64,000 nt of DNA from Tubulanus polymorphus (lineage: Eukaryota > Animalia > Nemertea), in NCBI RefSeq assembly GCF_964204645.1, contig NC_134027.1, positions 8,464,485 to 8,528,484 on the forward strand, given 5' to 3'. Shown here in pieces: positions 37,101 to 49,855 of the stretch. Within the stretch, counting starts at the first letter, position 1. Every line of letters begins with the position of its first letter. Under the pieces are notes generated by a model. The model did no database searches. It had not been told where the DNA came from and saw nothing but the letters and a program-made list of their open reading frames with translations. The position numbers and the translations under genes were made by a program.

Positions 37101-39579
37101 TGTATTTCGTACACATCGCGAGGACGTTCAGAGTTTACTGAAGAATCTACAGAGTAGTACAAGAGCCTTACATCACATCTGTGGTCACTCAAAGGTGCAG
37201 GAAGCTTAGCAAATAACAAGCGCCTGATTATACTTAAAACAAGATTTAAGAAATTTGCGTATGATACTTAATACTAGTACCAGCAATGAGCGACAATTAT
37301 CTTAATTTTATTGTTTCTTGTTGAATATATGGTTCAAAGCTAAAACCATTTCTTGCGCTTGCATCTGTCCCTGCTGATAGAATTAACTTATTAATTCAAT
37401 TGCATTTCATTAACATCGTAGATGCCTGGACATCCCATGAACAGCCTTAATGGCTCTGTCCCTATCATCAATTGAATTTTGATGATAAAAATGATTTTAA
37501 TAATCATATTAGTTACTACAATTCAAGCTTAATATCCACCCATCATTTTTCAGATTATGAAGGATGTGACGCTAACTAATCAAGTTCCACCTGTGAAGAA
37601 GTGTTTAGAAATGTTCGTCTGCCGTGTGAAGCAAATGCTGACCGTGAACAAATGCCTCGAGGCTTTCTGGCTTGGAAATCTTAAAAACAGAGACCTAAAG
37701 GTAACGATTAAATTATCATTTCAGTTTCATCTGAAATAGATTGACATTGTTTGATGTGTCAAAATGATACTTAAAAGGCATTGATTTTCTTTTAATACTG
37801 TTGTTTGAAATTACATGGTGTAGTTTGGTGTCGTTTTATGAATGTGCTTTTTTATACATTTTTACAAAGGGCGAAGAAATCGTTTCACAGAGTACCATGG
37901 CAACGAATGGTGGGCAAGATGATACAAGCAATGATATTCCAGAGGCTTTGTTAGACGACGATAGCGAAAGTGAAGTTGTAAGTACCGTTTTTGAATTCGG
38001 ACTCTTATTGAAGAAAAAAGAACGTATGATAAGATTATTTGATGCTCAAGGTGAAGTGTGAAATAACGATAATAAGTGATACAAGAATATCAAAGAGAAT
38101 GACTGTAAGCCAAGGGGAAAAGAACTATTGAACTATTTGAACTGTTTATCTGTTTTCTAAGCATGTAAGGCATTTTGAGATTTAATCATTACACTCTTCA
38201 ACTTTGCGGGCTAATTATAGCACTGTCATTGGACCACACCTAGATACCACTGATGAGACAAGTGGCGTGTTTTCCTTGTTAAGCCATTTGTCATAATGCC
38301 AGTCTGTCTCATTTTACATTGCGTCATTGTGTCAGCCTTTCAACCGTAAATAGTTCAGCTGTTGAAAACGAGCCTTGACACTCATGTAATGAACAACTTT
38401 TGAAAAAATTGTTCTCTATGTTGCTGTATAGACCATATCTCCATTCCCCATTTTTTCTAGTTGGATAATGTTGATCCAGATTAGAAATTGAATTCAAGGG
38501 TTTCGTTTTCCAAGGAGGATCTCGTCCAGGAATTAAATTGTGCTAATCAATACGTGTATTGACGATTAGTGTAGTTTCTTGTTTCAAAGTCATTAGGAAA
38601 TTAATTGTGCATTAATCTATATTAAAGGACCCAGAGCTGGTATATAAGGCTAGACAACTGAGTTATTCAGTTTGAAAACAGCTGTTAAATTGGATTGAAC
38701 CCAATGCTTTATTGTATGCATATAGTATGCACATATGTGCAAATTTCCAATAGACTGTCGCAATGGTTTAGTGCGATTTGTCCAAGAATTTAGACTGATA
38801 ATCTAGAAAACAATTTCCTGTGAATACATTTTCTTTTGCTGCAATTTCAATTATGAATTGGCAGGTAGAATCAATAGGCGAGTTAGATATTTCGCAGATA
38901 TTTTTGATTTTTGATATCATAGCATATCGTACTGCCGTTAGATAGGTCAAATTCCATCGGAAAACACTTACACTGGGAAACCTTATTGAGTATTCGGTTT
39001 CAAATCACACCAAATGTTAGTTTAGGAGAAGACTGTTAATAGACTTACTACTGCTTCAGATTAAGGAGCTAAAGGAAATGAGTGTTTGAAATATGCATTT
39101 TAAGGGAGGTTGATAGATTAAGAAATACAGGGAGATGTACTGTGTCTTGTAAGCACTTCTGGGCTGGGTGTAATTTCTAGTCTGATTATATTGCAGTCTA
39201 TAACATTGATATAGATGTGCCATTATATATATGGAGATTTAGAAGAAGACCGGATAGGCTAGGTGTAGATAACGAAGTACGAGCGCATTTGAACTGTTAG
39301 GATTAATGTTCCTATGGAAATACTTAATCATTACCTGAAGACTGTATGGTTAATACAGTAAACCCCACCCTGGTCAATTCGGACTTATTCGATTTATTGG
39401 GAACAATCTAAAAATCGGATTCAATTTTGGATAGCGGCTATGTTAATGCGATCCACCATTAACTCTAAACATGATGCTCAATCAACTTCTATTTTTCACG
39501 ATTGCAGGAAATGGATGCCGAAGAAGAAAAGGACAATTCCGGGTCTGGAAGTGACGAATCGTACAGCGAAACGTATTGA
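28162..39579 (+). CDS. FANCD2: Fanconi anemia group D2 protein, many short exons
   Basis: Recognisable peptides include [65 protein letters not shown] (monoubiquitination Lys, codon 32259-32261), [21 protein letters not shown] and [18 protein letters not shown]. The C-terminus [10 protein letters not shown] resembles human DSDESYDDSD. The start MMNKRH at 28162 is inferred. Confidence 0.95.
31610..32175 (-). mobile_element. Second, diverged and inverted copy of the Helentron-associated element, in a FANCD2 intron
   Basis: Two reverse-complement copies of the ~154-bp core start at ~31815 and ~31950. ccaagtgggc..tgtccc at ~32141-32160 matches the 5' end of the 12959 element. A degraded hairpin and microsatellite lie at ~31615-31680. 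Confidence 0.7.
32763..33168. mobile_element. MITE with CAAGG termini and a 5-bp target-site duplication (TSD, TCATG) in a FANCD2 intron
   Basis: TIR caaggtccctac/gtaggaaccttg, with tcatg on both flanks and internal aactcctt sub-repeats. Confidence 0.65.
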
Positions 39580-40317
39580 AGACAATCACTTATGAACAAT
39601 TCCTATTTTGTAATTCGAGATTATTGCATGATATACGTGTATATATAGGCTACAATGTATATGACAAGATTTCTGTGAACGCCCTTGCATTGCATTTATA
39701 ATTACATTGAGATGCATTTTCTATCGATTTTTTGCATTTGACGAAAGAGAAACTGAAAACAACTGACATACAAATGATTGTAATAAATTCACGCTATTTT
39801 TTATCGAGATGATTATGCTTTCATTTTTGTTATGAAAAATAAACGAGTATATGGGAAAAACGTCTTAAAGAGTTACGATCGCCATCTTTCGAATCGAACC
39901 CCTGTGTTTATTGAGTACTTCTGATTTGAATGGACACGCGTGGATTTTCGGAGACGGTCAAATTCTTATAAGGAAAGTTTTTGAAACCTGTTAATTTGTT
40001 TTCAACATTCAATATTTATTACAAGAAGACAACATTCTACACAAATTACATACGTAAAAATGCCTGTTAATGGAAAGTGTTTATAGCAAGAGGCGTGGAT
40101 GGACCCCTCCTTATCATTCCAGAGCCCGAAGCACCATATACGCATCAGACTGATTAATTATTTGAAACTGTGGAGTTGATATTGTCAAAACTATTGATTC
40201 AGCAGCCACCGGAATAAATATGCTACTTCACACCAATAAACACAAATTAGAACTGCTAGCGAAAATACATGTATTTAGGTACATTAGTCAATTCGAACTG
40301 GTAATTACCAACACCAG

Positions 40318-40444
40318 GGGCCGGTTGCTCAAAAGTCGGTTAAAGATAACCAGCGGATAGATACCATAGTAACAATAAACTTTTAATTGTCACTATGTCA
40401 ACTATCCACTGGTTAGCTCTAACCAACTTTTGAGCAACTGGCCC
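40318..40444. mobile_element. PIF/Harbinger-type MITE with a CAG TSD
   Basis: The sequence reads cag|gggccggttgctcaaaagtcggtta ... taaccaacttttgagcaactggccc|cag. Confidence 0.8.
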
Positions 40445-43070
40445 CAGGTAACTATAGCTATTAGCCGCGATACCTCGAGCATTTTTGGCCCGTGAGTTAT
40501 GAATCATTACATGGTCATTAAATGACCACGTACCTGCGTACCACTGGAAGATATATCATTTGAAAAAAAAATGTTAATCTACTTACAAAACTTACACACT
40601 AACCATAGCTTTCTTTCTTTGCCTTTCTACATTCGGAAAATGTAAAAGCTCTATACATAAACTCAATTCCTATAACATATCTTTGAAAAGGGATATGATG
40701 TAACATACCATATCATATATTAAAAACATGATGTATATCTATAGATGATATCAATTCGACTTTTTAAATGTTCTAATAACTACAATATCGTATTTGAACA
40801 CCTATACTAAATTTATTAATATTCATACATACATATATATATATACGTTCAGCGAAACTGAAACTAAACCTACGATTGCGTGTCGTCACATCTGGCACTC
40901 AAAAAAAACTTATCGATACAAAAGTACGACCGAATAACTTCAAGCGACCAACACTACAAAGAGCTTACGTACGCGCGGATATTTCTTTATACGCAGCAGG
41001 ATTAGTTGCACAATTTTAATATCTTGTTACGGTAAGTAGTAAAACCAATATGAAATCGGATTTAGCGAGGTATTTTTAACATACACCAACTCAAATCCAG
41101 TTACCAATTAACTAATCTGTTTTAATGAGCTATAAGTATATCTTGAATTTATGCTAAAGCTTGTTTACATGAATACATTGATTGCTTTGCATTACTAGCC
41201 GAAGAAAAATTCCTTGGAAGTGGTTAAGTTAATTAAACATTACCTTTTGCCAAATTGGGGGCAGAATTTGATATAAACGATTAAATAGTTAGTTATCTGT
41301 GTATCCAATGTACTTTGATAAGAATCAATCATAAACCAACAAAGTTATCCAACAGCAAGTCGAAGTTTATTCAGCATTTAGTTACTCAGCATCTTTTACT
41401 TTTTCCTACTGTCGGCTTACAATTTCTCCACCATAGAAGCTTGTTCAGAACTCTTCACGACTCTATCAAAACTCCCAAACCTCTCCCAAAACTTTAATGT
41501 TTCGATTGGCATCTCTTCCTAGAATTGATATTTCAATAATCTTTTTGATAAAGTCTTTATTTCGTACAAAAAGTGCAGACTAGTGGAGAAAAAAGAAAAT
41601 ACACAAATACAACAAAAAAATCCATATTCATATGAAAAAAAGTACGGTGTTTACTACAGTCTGATACAAACAACTTTCATGGACAAACATCACAGATATA
41701 CAATGGTAATTCATAACTTTTATTTTATCTTTACTAAATTGAAAGTTAGGAGATGGATAAAGCAGTGCACGAATTAAGTTGAAAATATGCTGCTTCGATT
41801 CAACCGAGGATAGCGAAAGCTGGATATCTGGAACAATGGTTAAAAATAGTTAGTTTGTTTGTATCTATTAGAAATATGATTTAAGCTGTAACTCACAGGT
41901 GAATTACTACCATAAAAAGCAAGGTTGCCACTAAAACCTAATACTGGGTTATCTGAATTTATAATATTTCTAAGAGAACTGAATTTTTGTGAAACGATTC
42001 ATGATAGGGAAGTTAATAATATTGAAGAGTATGATTTTATTGTGAAAATGATTTACGACAGGAAAGTTGATAATATTCAAAAATATTCAATCAAGGTGGA
42101 TTTGTACCAGGATGATTGATTTAGCTTTTATAGGTATCAAACAGTAATGAATGATGATATCATTTATGTATCCAATTGACTACGCATCCAAAATTAAAGA
42201 TTCGTTTCTTTTAAATTCGATCAGTAAAACCGCTAGCGCCTGACGAATTTTTTGTTTTATTAGATTTATTTAATAGTGAATAATGATAAATAATCTTTTT
42301 TTTTGTATCGTCGATCCGATAAACTGTCACGCTAATCAATTGTTTAATCATATAATTCTAATTCAAAATTTAACCGTATCGTCACCTGTGCGCGATAAGG
42401 ACATGTCGCGTTGAATGAGTGAAATATTTTTCTATTCATGAATATCGCCTATAAGCCTAGTATGGATTGATATGAAACAAATAGGGCTCTATTGTTAATT
42501 AACATTTGTCACAACGCGACATGTGTCGAATTTCTGGTCGATTTCAGAATGAAGTTTAGAAGTTCGATATGTTTCTATTACATTCTAAATTCGCAGAAAG
42601 TCACAATTATCAAAATCGATATATCAATCGTATCAATCGATCAAATGCCGTTGCCCTCGCTGAATATATATTATTCTATATAACCAGGATTATTTTTTTT
42701 CAGATAAATATCTTACAAATCACGTATATATGTATACTTAACCTTTGCGCCTTTTATTTGATAAAGATAAAAAATGGTGGTCAATATGACATTACCGGGT
42801 ATAGATATTTCTGAGGGGGCCTTATTATCTCTTATCCCGTAGCTAGTCGATATATTTTTTTGCTCGCTTATCAAATGCCGAGTCGTTCCGATGACACCCG
42901 AAGTTGGCACATCGATTTACATCGCATATGTTATCTTGTCAGTGCGCGCGTTTGGGTGTAGTACTGCGACGGACAGCCGTACCATCAGTGAACGTCGAGT
43001 TAATCGCCAGGATTATTGCTTTTACGCACGTCCGTACAACTAATCGTATATTTATCATCAATCATTTAAA

Positions 43071-46000
43071 ATGAGCGACGCCGCCCCAGGTAAGATTTCG
43101 TGTGCGCATACCAATGCCGAAAATCAATCGAACTTTCAATTCATAAAGTGTTTAATTCGTAACTGTTATTTTTTCGGCGCCTGATTAAACTCATTCTACT
43201 GATGTCAAAATTAGGTCTGAACTACTAAACGACTGCGATTCAAACAAGAGACATCCAATTTCATGCAGGTTTCCAATTAAATGCTTAATCAAAGGTTTCT
43301 TCAAGTTTGTTTTTTGTTTGTTGTAAAGATATTAAAACTGTACGTACGTTAATGGCGAATTAAGTTTCTATTGTTTGAAATTGGTCGATTTCGCCACTCG
43401 TATGAATCAAGGCTCAAAAATCTGCATGTTATGATCATCCGGACAAGATTTTAGATAAATGTAACTTTTTATTCTCGATTCAAACACCCCCTTGACCTTT
43501 TCTATTAGCGCGCGGTGTTTACCGAAAGCGATACGCCGATCTACTTTATCGGATTATTTGGCTAATGATTCGAAATGCGTATTGAATGATTTTAGAATAT
43601 ATTCGCGTGAATAGCAATTCTGTTATTAATGAGAGCTATGTTTGAATATTGATCCTTAGAAACGTTTAGGCGTCGTTAGTGATGAATTGTTCTTCGATTT
43701 GTAACGCCATTTAGTGACGATTGCTGATATCCTCGCTAGACCATGCTACAATGGATCTTAAATTATATCGCGTCGCGTGCCGCGATTTTTACGCTCATTT
43801 TGTCACGAAAGATGACGTCATATGTATTGTAAGAGATAGTTGTTTTTCCAGTCTGCAATAATGCCTGTGATAGTCCTTCGCCATCCCAAATTTAAAAGAT
43901 AGGGTTTATTGGGTAGGGGATGATTCTGGCATGATACTTAGAGTCTCTGTTTCCATTTAAGACTTACGTACAATTATCTCAATGTGATACAAGCCAGAAT
44001 AAAATCAGGGTGTATACCGAATGGAGTTGTACCCCATCCAAAGCGATATTAAATCATTATGAAGTTAAGAAATTTACATTCTATATTGAAAAATGTATAT
44101 ATTATTTCATATCAAATAAGAACTCGTTTTCTTGATGGGACATATGTCGACTGAACCTGGATCCCTCGATCGCGAGGGCCGCATTAACAAAGATAGGCTA
44201 TACTTCAGCTTGATTGAAATTTAATACACACATATACGTGTTTGATACAAAGCGGTCACCAGCATCGCGCAACGGCACGGTCATGCATACACCCAATTTA
44301 GCATGAGTTTTAGAATATGAGTAGGCTATCGAAATGAAATATCACCATTGGATATATAAAATAATATACATGAATATATAGGCAGCCGTGTTTACTTTAA
44401 CAGCTGCAAATCTACATGTATGATATCAATACAAATTTAGTTTTTTTGTCTGATCTGAATGATAGTATGCCTATAGATTGTGAGCATATACGATATTTTA
44501 TCGGTTTCATCTGGTCCATCCTTTCGTACTTTTTCTCAATCAGCCAAAAGTTGTGGTTTTCATAAATGATATCTGGTTCTCCGATTAAACTTTTTCAATC
44601 TAACGAGGTTTTTGACAAGGTCTGGGGACCACCTTACAAATCTCTCCCGCTCCTTCGATCATTTGGGTATAGATGTTTTACGTTTTGTGAGGATGTGTTA
44701 ACTCATTAATACAATATGTATATAGATTAACACAACATATACTATTGTATATCTCATATAGATGTAAAATATTGAACGGTTTGAATTTTGTCGTTAACAG
44801 TTGGATCAATTACGCAAATAATAAAGAGCCCATTATGCTCCCAGCTGTTGTTGTTCGCCGAACCGACTTCGAGGGTAGCACCTGCGAATTCTGGCCACTC
44901 AAATCCCAGCACGATTCATCGAAGTGTACACGATGGTCAGAATGGGTCGTTTTTGCCGGGAATCGGGTATAACTGAAAATCTGAGCTACTGTTCGTCTCT
45001 GGATTTTGATTTAGGCACGACTGATATCGTAAATTAGCGGAGCGCTCGCGGAGATCAGATTTACAATGCTACGTCTTGCCTTGAGCAACGGAGAGAGAGA
45101 GCCCGCATGCCTCTTTTGCGACTTAAGTTGCAAGGAACATGATCATAACACGAACATTGTGACATTTACCCACCACGACATCGTTTCCATGCCAACGGTT
45201 TTCATCCACGACTCAAATCCACACGTTCTTTTGCCTCACAAAAACCAAAAATAATTGTATTTTTTTCTAGTTTCATAACAATTTATCATTTTCCACGATA
45301 ATTCAATCAGTTCACGGGCTTTATGTATCGGATGTATCAAAAAGAGTATCAGGGAAATATTTGTGGGGAAATCGTCGAATTTTTGCAAGTGCGGATATGG
45401 ACGCCACAGAAGGCCCACTTCAGCTTGATCTTTTGACAATTATAGTCAAGCAAGAAAATGAATTCCAATGATCAAAATGGCGATATAACCAGAATCTTAT
45501 TTTTATTAAAAGGTCTTTTCAAGTTCTCCATAGGATAGGGGAACATCGTAAATGAAATATCCAGGGAGAAAAGATGAATTCTAGATTCAGAGTAATCAGA
45601 TTTTGATATATATTCTCAATTTATCTCAATCGTTTGCCAGATTTGCGTGGGAAGGAGTGCAGAAAATCTTGGAAGCGACGATTATCTTTTTAAAAACATA
45701 ACGCGCATGATGGATCAAACAAAATATTAGCGCTATAGACATTCTGTTAGCCGAGTTGCCTCGCCTGTAATGTATAAGAAATGAATTATCGGTTGTCATT
45801 GATCTAAGTTCACCCTTAAATCGTAGAATATGAGAGATCTTTCCATATATTAAAGCAACACGATGTAACGATTTTACGTGTATGTACGTAAATAAATCTA
45901 GTGATATACCTTGTTTGAAGTGACATGTAATCAGTTTAATACTACGTATGAAAAATTTGATTTGACGTGACATGTAACTTTTACATAATCATTGTCTGTT

Positions 46001-48299
46001 TTCTTTCTTTTCGAACAGCCGAAGCCGCCCCTGAGGTGAGAGTTTCTTCTCGTGTCTGCACAATGCTTTCTGTTTGTCCTTCTTTCTCCACGCTTATTCA
46101 CTCACGCATGTCGGAAATATGCTACTACCCTAAAATCGTCCAGATTATGATCTATATATTGTGAAGTTTTTCATATTTACCCAATAAACTATACCCTAAG
46201 CGAACGGCCACGAACGTCTTGGGAATTTAATCAGTTTCTTTATATCTTCTGACGCCTTGATCTCGAACGCAGTCGTCAATAGTTACCATCAACAGTACCA
46301 AAGGCTACTTAGATTGATTAGTTGGCCGCACAAAAAAGACTTATCTCAAAAACTGGTGAATAGCAACTTATTTGAGCGAGAAATTGTTCGCCGTGTTACA
46401 AGTCCGTCAAGTATACTTAATCACGATAATGCATGTATACCTATAACTTTACGAGTCCATACACAATGCTTCTTGATATTCTATTTCATCTTGTTGAGCT
46501 AGCCAGAAGCTATTTTTGTCACACCCTGTTATCACAAGACTATACTTAACGTTTCTCCATTGGCGGTTGGTCTCTTTTCGTCATTATTTTTTGGCTGAAC
46601 AAGCGCACTCATCTAAAATTATTTGCACGTTCGCATTCGCGTTATAGCTTATAATGAATCACTTGTTTTGTTTTGGTTTGGCGTTGGTTTGCACTTCTGT
46701 TTTCAGAGCAATGAATTTTGCTCTTAATTGATATTTGAGTATGTAAACATTTACGTAAATTCTAAGTACATTTGTATCGTGAGAAAATTAGAATTTTACA
46801 TTTTCTTGTTGTATGATGTTCCAGGAGCAAACCCCTCCCATATGAATACATTACGTTATCCATACGACCGTATTTCAGGCCCGTACGCATGATATACCAT
46901 GGACGTATAAGTTTATACGTCCATGGGGACCAATGGCAAGGGGGTCCTGATTGGAGTACTGATTCTCGGGGCACCTCACAAACCAGTAGGTGCTGAAGGC
47001 ACAAAGTCCTTGATGCGGGGTTTCAAATTCTAATTTGAAAATCTAAGTAATTCATAAGTTTTCATGGCATTTTAGAAGAAAATTTTGATTCTTTATACCA
47101 ATAAATCCTCTTACAAACAGGCTTGTCATCCATAATTGTAATTGAGATGAACCCATTTGTAAATAGATGCCGTGATTGCTAGTGGAAAATTCTGTCACTT
47201 CGTACGGGCCTGTGTTTTTTATTTAATCTTTTTTTAAAATTTTCTTTCTCTTCAAACATTTATTTCCATTCTTCAAAGAATGAATCTTATAAAGTGAGAA
47301 AACCAGATGGCATACGATATAGGCACTGCTATATTTATCTTTCTTAGTTTCATTGATTTGATTATGTGGAATGGGGCTATCTGTGTTTATATATATTTAA
47401 ACTTATATGTTTAAACTATATTTACTTACATGTATGATACTCGGAATATGCTCCAAATATTCCCTCTTTTCTGAAATTTCTACAATTTTCAGTTTTATGT
47501 ATTTCGGTTTGGATTTTCGTTTTCCATACTTGATATCTTTGCTATCAAAACAAAACGTGCTGTTAAATGAATCTATAGCTCTAATGAAAAAAACTCCATC
47601 TTAGATTGAATTACTTTTGAAAACGATGTTTTTCCATAATTTTGTATTCTCAAAAGATACCAATGCGGGCTCAAGCAATAGTGAAACTCCCATTTGGTAA
47701 AATGCATGTTACAAATTTTTACGATGTACGCATCTCCATACACAAAGCTCCATTCCACTATACTCGTGTTAGCTATCAATATTACTCAACTTGTCGATCA
47801 AAGAAAGCCATAATCGGTTCTCGCAGTTGCAGAGATGCCATTTGATTTCCTCAAGAAAAAGTCACAAGTGACAAAACATGAAAACGTAGAATCTGATTCA
47901 CCAAGTGAAAAAACTGAATTCCAGACGACGACTGAAACGACGACTCCCGCAGCCGCCGAAGAGGCACCACAACCTGCTGCAGACGAGACACCAGCTGAAT
48001 CGACAAAAACTGAAGAAACGAAAAATGAAGTAAGCACATTATTGATTTAGGGAAATTGATGGTATTGATGGTCTATCTCGTGTTATATTATTCCGATATG
48101 ATTTACCTTACAGCGTAATTCACAAAACTGTGAACCTCTGAGGTAAAACATATTCCAGAAATTTGAAATACACAAATATTGTTTTTGTCCTTTACAGAGT
48201 GCCACAGCCGAAGCCAACGGGGAGGCGGCTTCAGGTGACGGGGTCAACAAAAAGGTGAAGGATTCTCAACCGGGCATGGTCTGCTGTTCGATCATCTAG
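43071..48299 (+). CDS. Small acidic Ala/Glu/Thr/Pro-rich protein (~80 aa) ending in a CCSII CaaX motif; family not recognised
   Basis: Exons 43071-43089 (aaaATG...CCAG|GTAAGA), 46019-46035 (17 nt), 47925-48029 and 48198-48299 splice in frame. The product is MSDAAPAEAAPE-TTTETTTPAAAEEAPQPAADETPAESTKTEETKNE-SATAEANGEAASGDGVNKKVKDSQPGMVCCSII*. Confidence 0.72.
46876..47212. mobile_element. MITE with CAGGCCCGTACG termini and a near 5-bp TSD
   Basis: The sequence reads tattt|caggcccgtacg ... cgtacgggcctg|tgttt. Confidence 0.7.
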
Positions 48300-48971
48300 A
48301 CGCATTACTCAACCAACAAAATATATTCATCATTTGACATTTTTTCTATCATGTGCGAACTACCCACTTATTTGAGGAAAATTAGCTGACTTTTGAAAGA
48401 AAATATGAAATCATTGTCAGGAACAATCATTTATAAGACCTTTGGCGATCGTGTTATGATATAAGCTTAGTATGATAATCCAAATGAATATAAATTCTTT
48501 AATTAATGATTTTTATTTAAGTATATACTGTCGTGGGTGGTTTGAACAATTTCGTATTTATTTCAATTGCTAAGTTCTATGGTGTGGATTCTGCTTTTGT
48601 ATCACAAAAAAATTGTTAAGATGCTGCGAATTAAGCAACTCTATTATCAAAGCCATCTGTGTTACTCCCCATACGTCGATCTGCCTCACTTGTCATCAGT
48701 ATTGGCTGAGCTTCGATATAAACGAATAGATGTATTGACTCAAATTATCTTAGGAATATTTTATTTTGCCTTCTCTCCGTTGTTTTGTCGTTTGTCGAGT
48801 TATAAATGATATTGTTGCACAGATTCGATTTTATTTTTGTTATAGCAAGAAATAGTTTTTAAGGGAGAAAGCCGGAACCAGAAATTATGGAGTATCAAGT
48901 GTACTTAGTTGCGAAATTATGGAATCAAATGAAAGCATGGGTGGTATTTTATGGAGCGTTGTCAATGACGA

Positions 48972-49200
48972 CGCGGGCGGATCTAAGAAAATTGGAAGGC
49001 GCAGTCCAAAAAAAGAGGAAAGGCATTGGAGATTCACTGAAGAAATGCATCCGAAAATTTTCAAATTAGCGGGTTTCGACGATGTCTGTCTTGACAAAAA
49101 GGGCACCGTCAATGGAGGGGTGGGGTTCTTGACAAAAAGGGCAGCGTCAATGGAGGGGTGGGGGTTCAGACGCCCAATATACCCCCTAGATCCGCCCCTG
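48972..49200. mobile_element. Diverged MITE of the GGCGGATC family
   Basis: Ends read gggcggatctaag ... ctagatccgcccctg, with an internal ~39-bp direct duplication (cttgacaaaaagggca.cgtcaatggaggggtggggg). Confidence 0.55.
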
Positions 49201-49855
49201 TTTTTCTTTCAATTGATTTGTATAATGAAAACACTGTATATGACTGCGTTTTTCGTTATAACATATCACTGTAAAATCAAAATCACTGTTACTTAACTGA
49301 TATATAAAATGATAAAGGCTATTTCGATGTGATATATTTCTATTGGAAAAAATTGTTATTCTATTTGTATCAATCTTTATGTATATTACGTATATATCAT
49401 AATTCTCTCTATACACGCGCGAATATAGATATACTTATACATTATACATAAATCATATTTGTTGCCTACCGGTTGAAAAAAGAATCCGATGTGGTGGTTG
49501 TGTCATATGAGTAAAATAAAACTTCGCGCGCTAACATATAGTTCACGTGCGTCCAATAACTAATAAAAAATTGTTAGAAATAATGTCTACTCTTCATGCA
49601 GTATCTTTCTTTCGGGGTGTGTGTCACATATCAATTGGACGAGGCGGAAATGGTTTTCAATAATGAGATATGAGAATTTCTCAATCGTTCTGAGCTTGGA
49701 GCAGGTCTAATCTCTAATCATCTTATAGATGATTACCGGTATAGGTCTGCTCAAAGGTCTGAAATAAACCATCATATTCCATCTATCTTGTCGACGAGGA
49801 TAATCAATTCAGAATCCATTCTGCATGGATGGATTTGAAATATGTTCGCCCATAA

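Noticed and set aside
44745-45973. Possible nested minus-strand gene in intron 1 of the CaaX gene
   Set aside because: Some splice-like signals and short ORFs exist, but I could not build a consistent frame or recognise any motif.
48885-49296. 125-aa ORF and overlapping ORFs
   Set aside because: They span a MITE in the probable 3' UTR of the CaaX gene and have no protein-like features.
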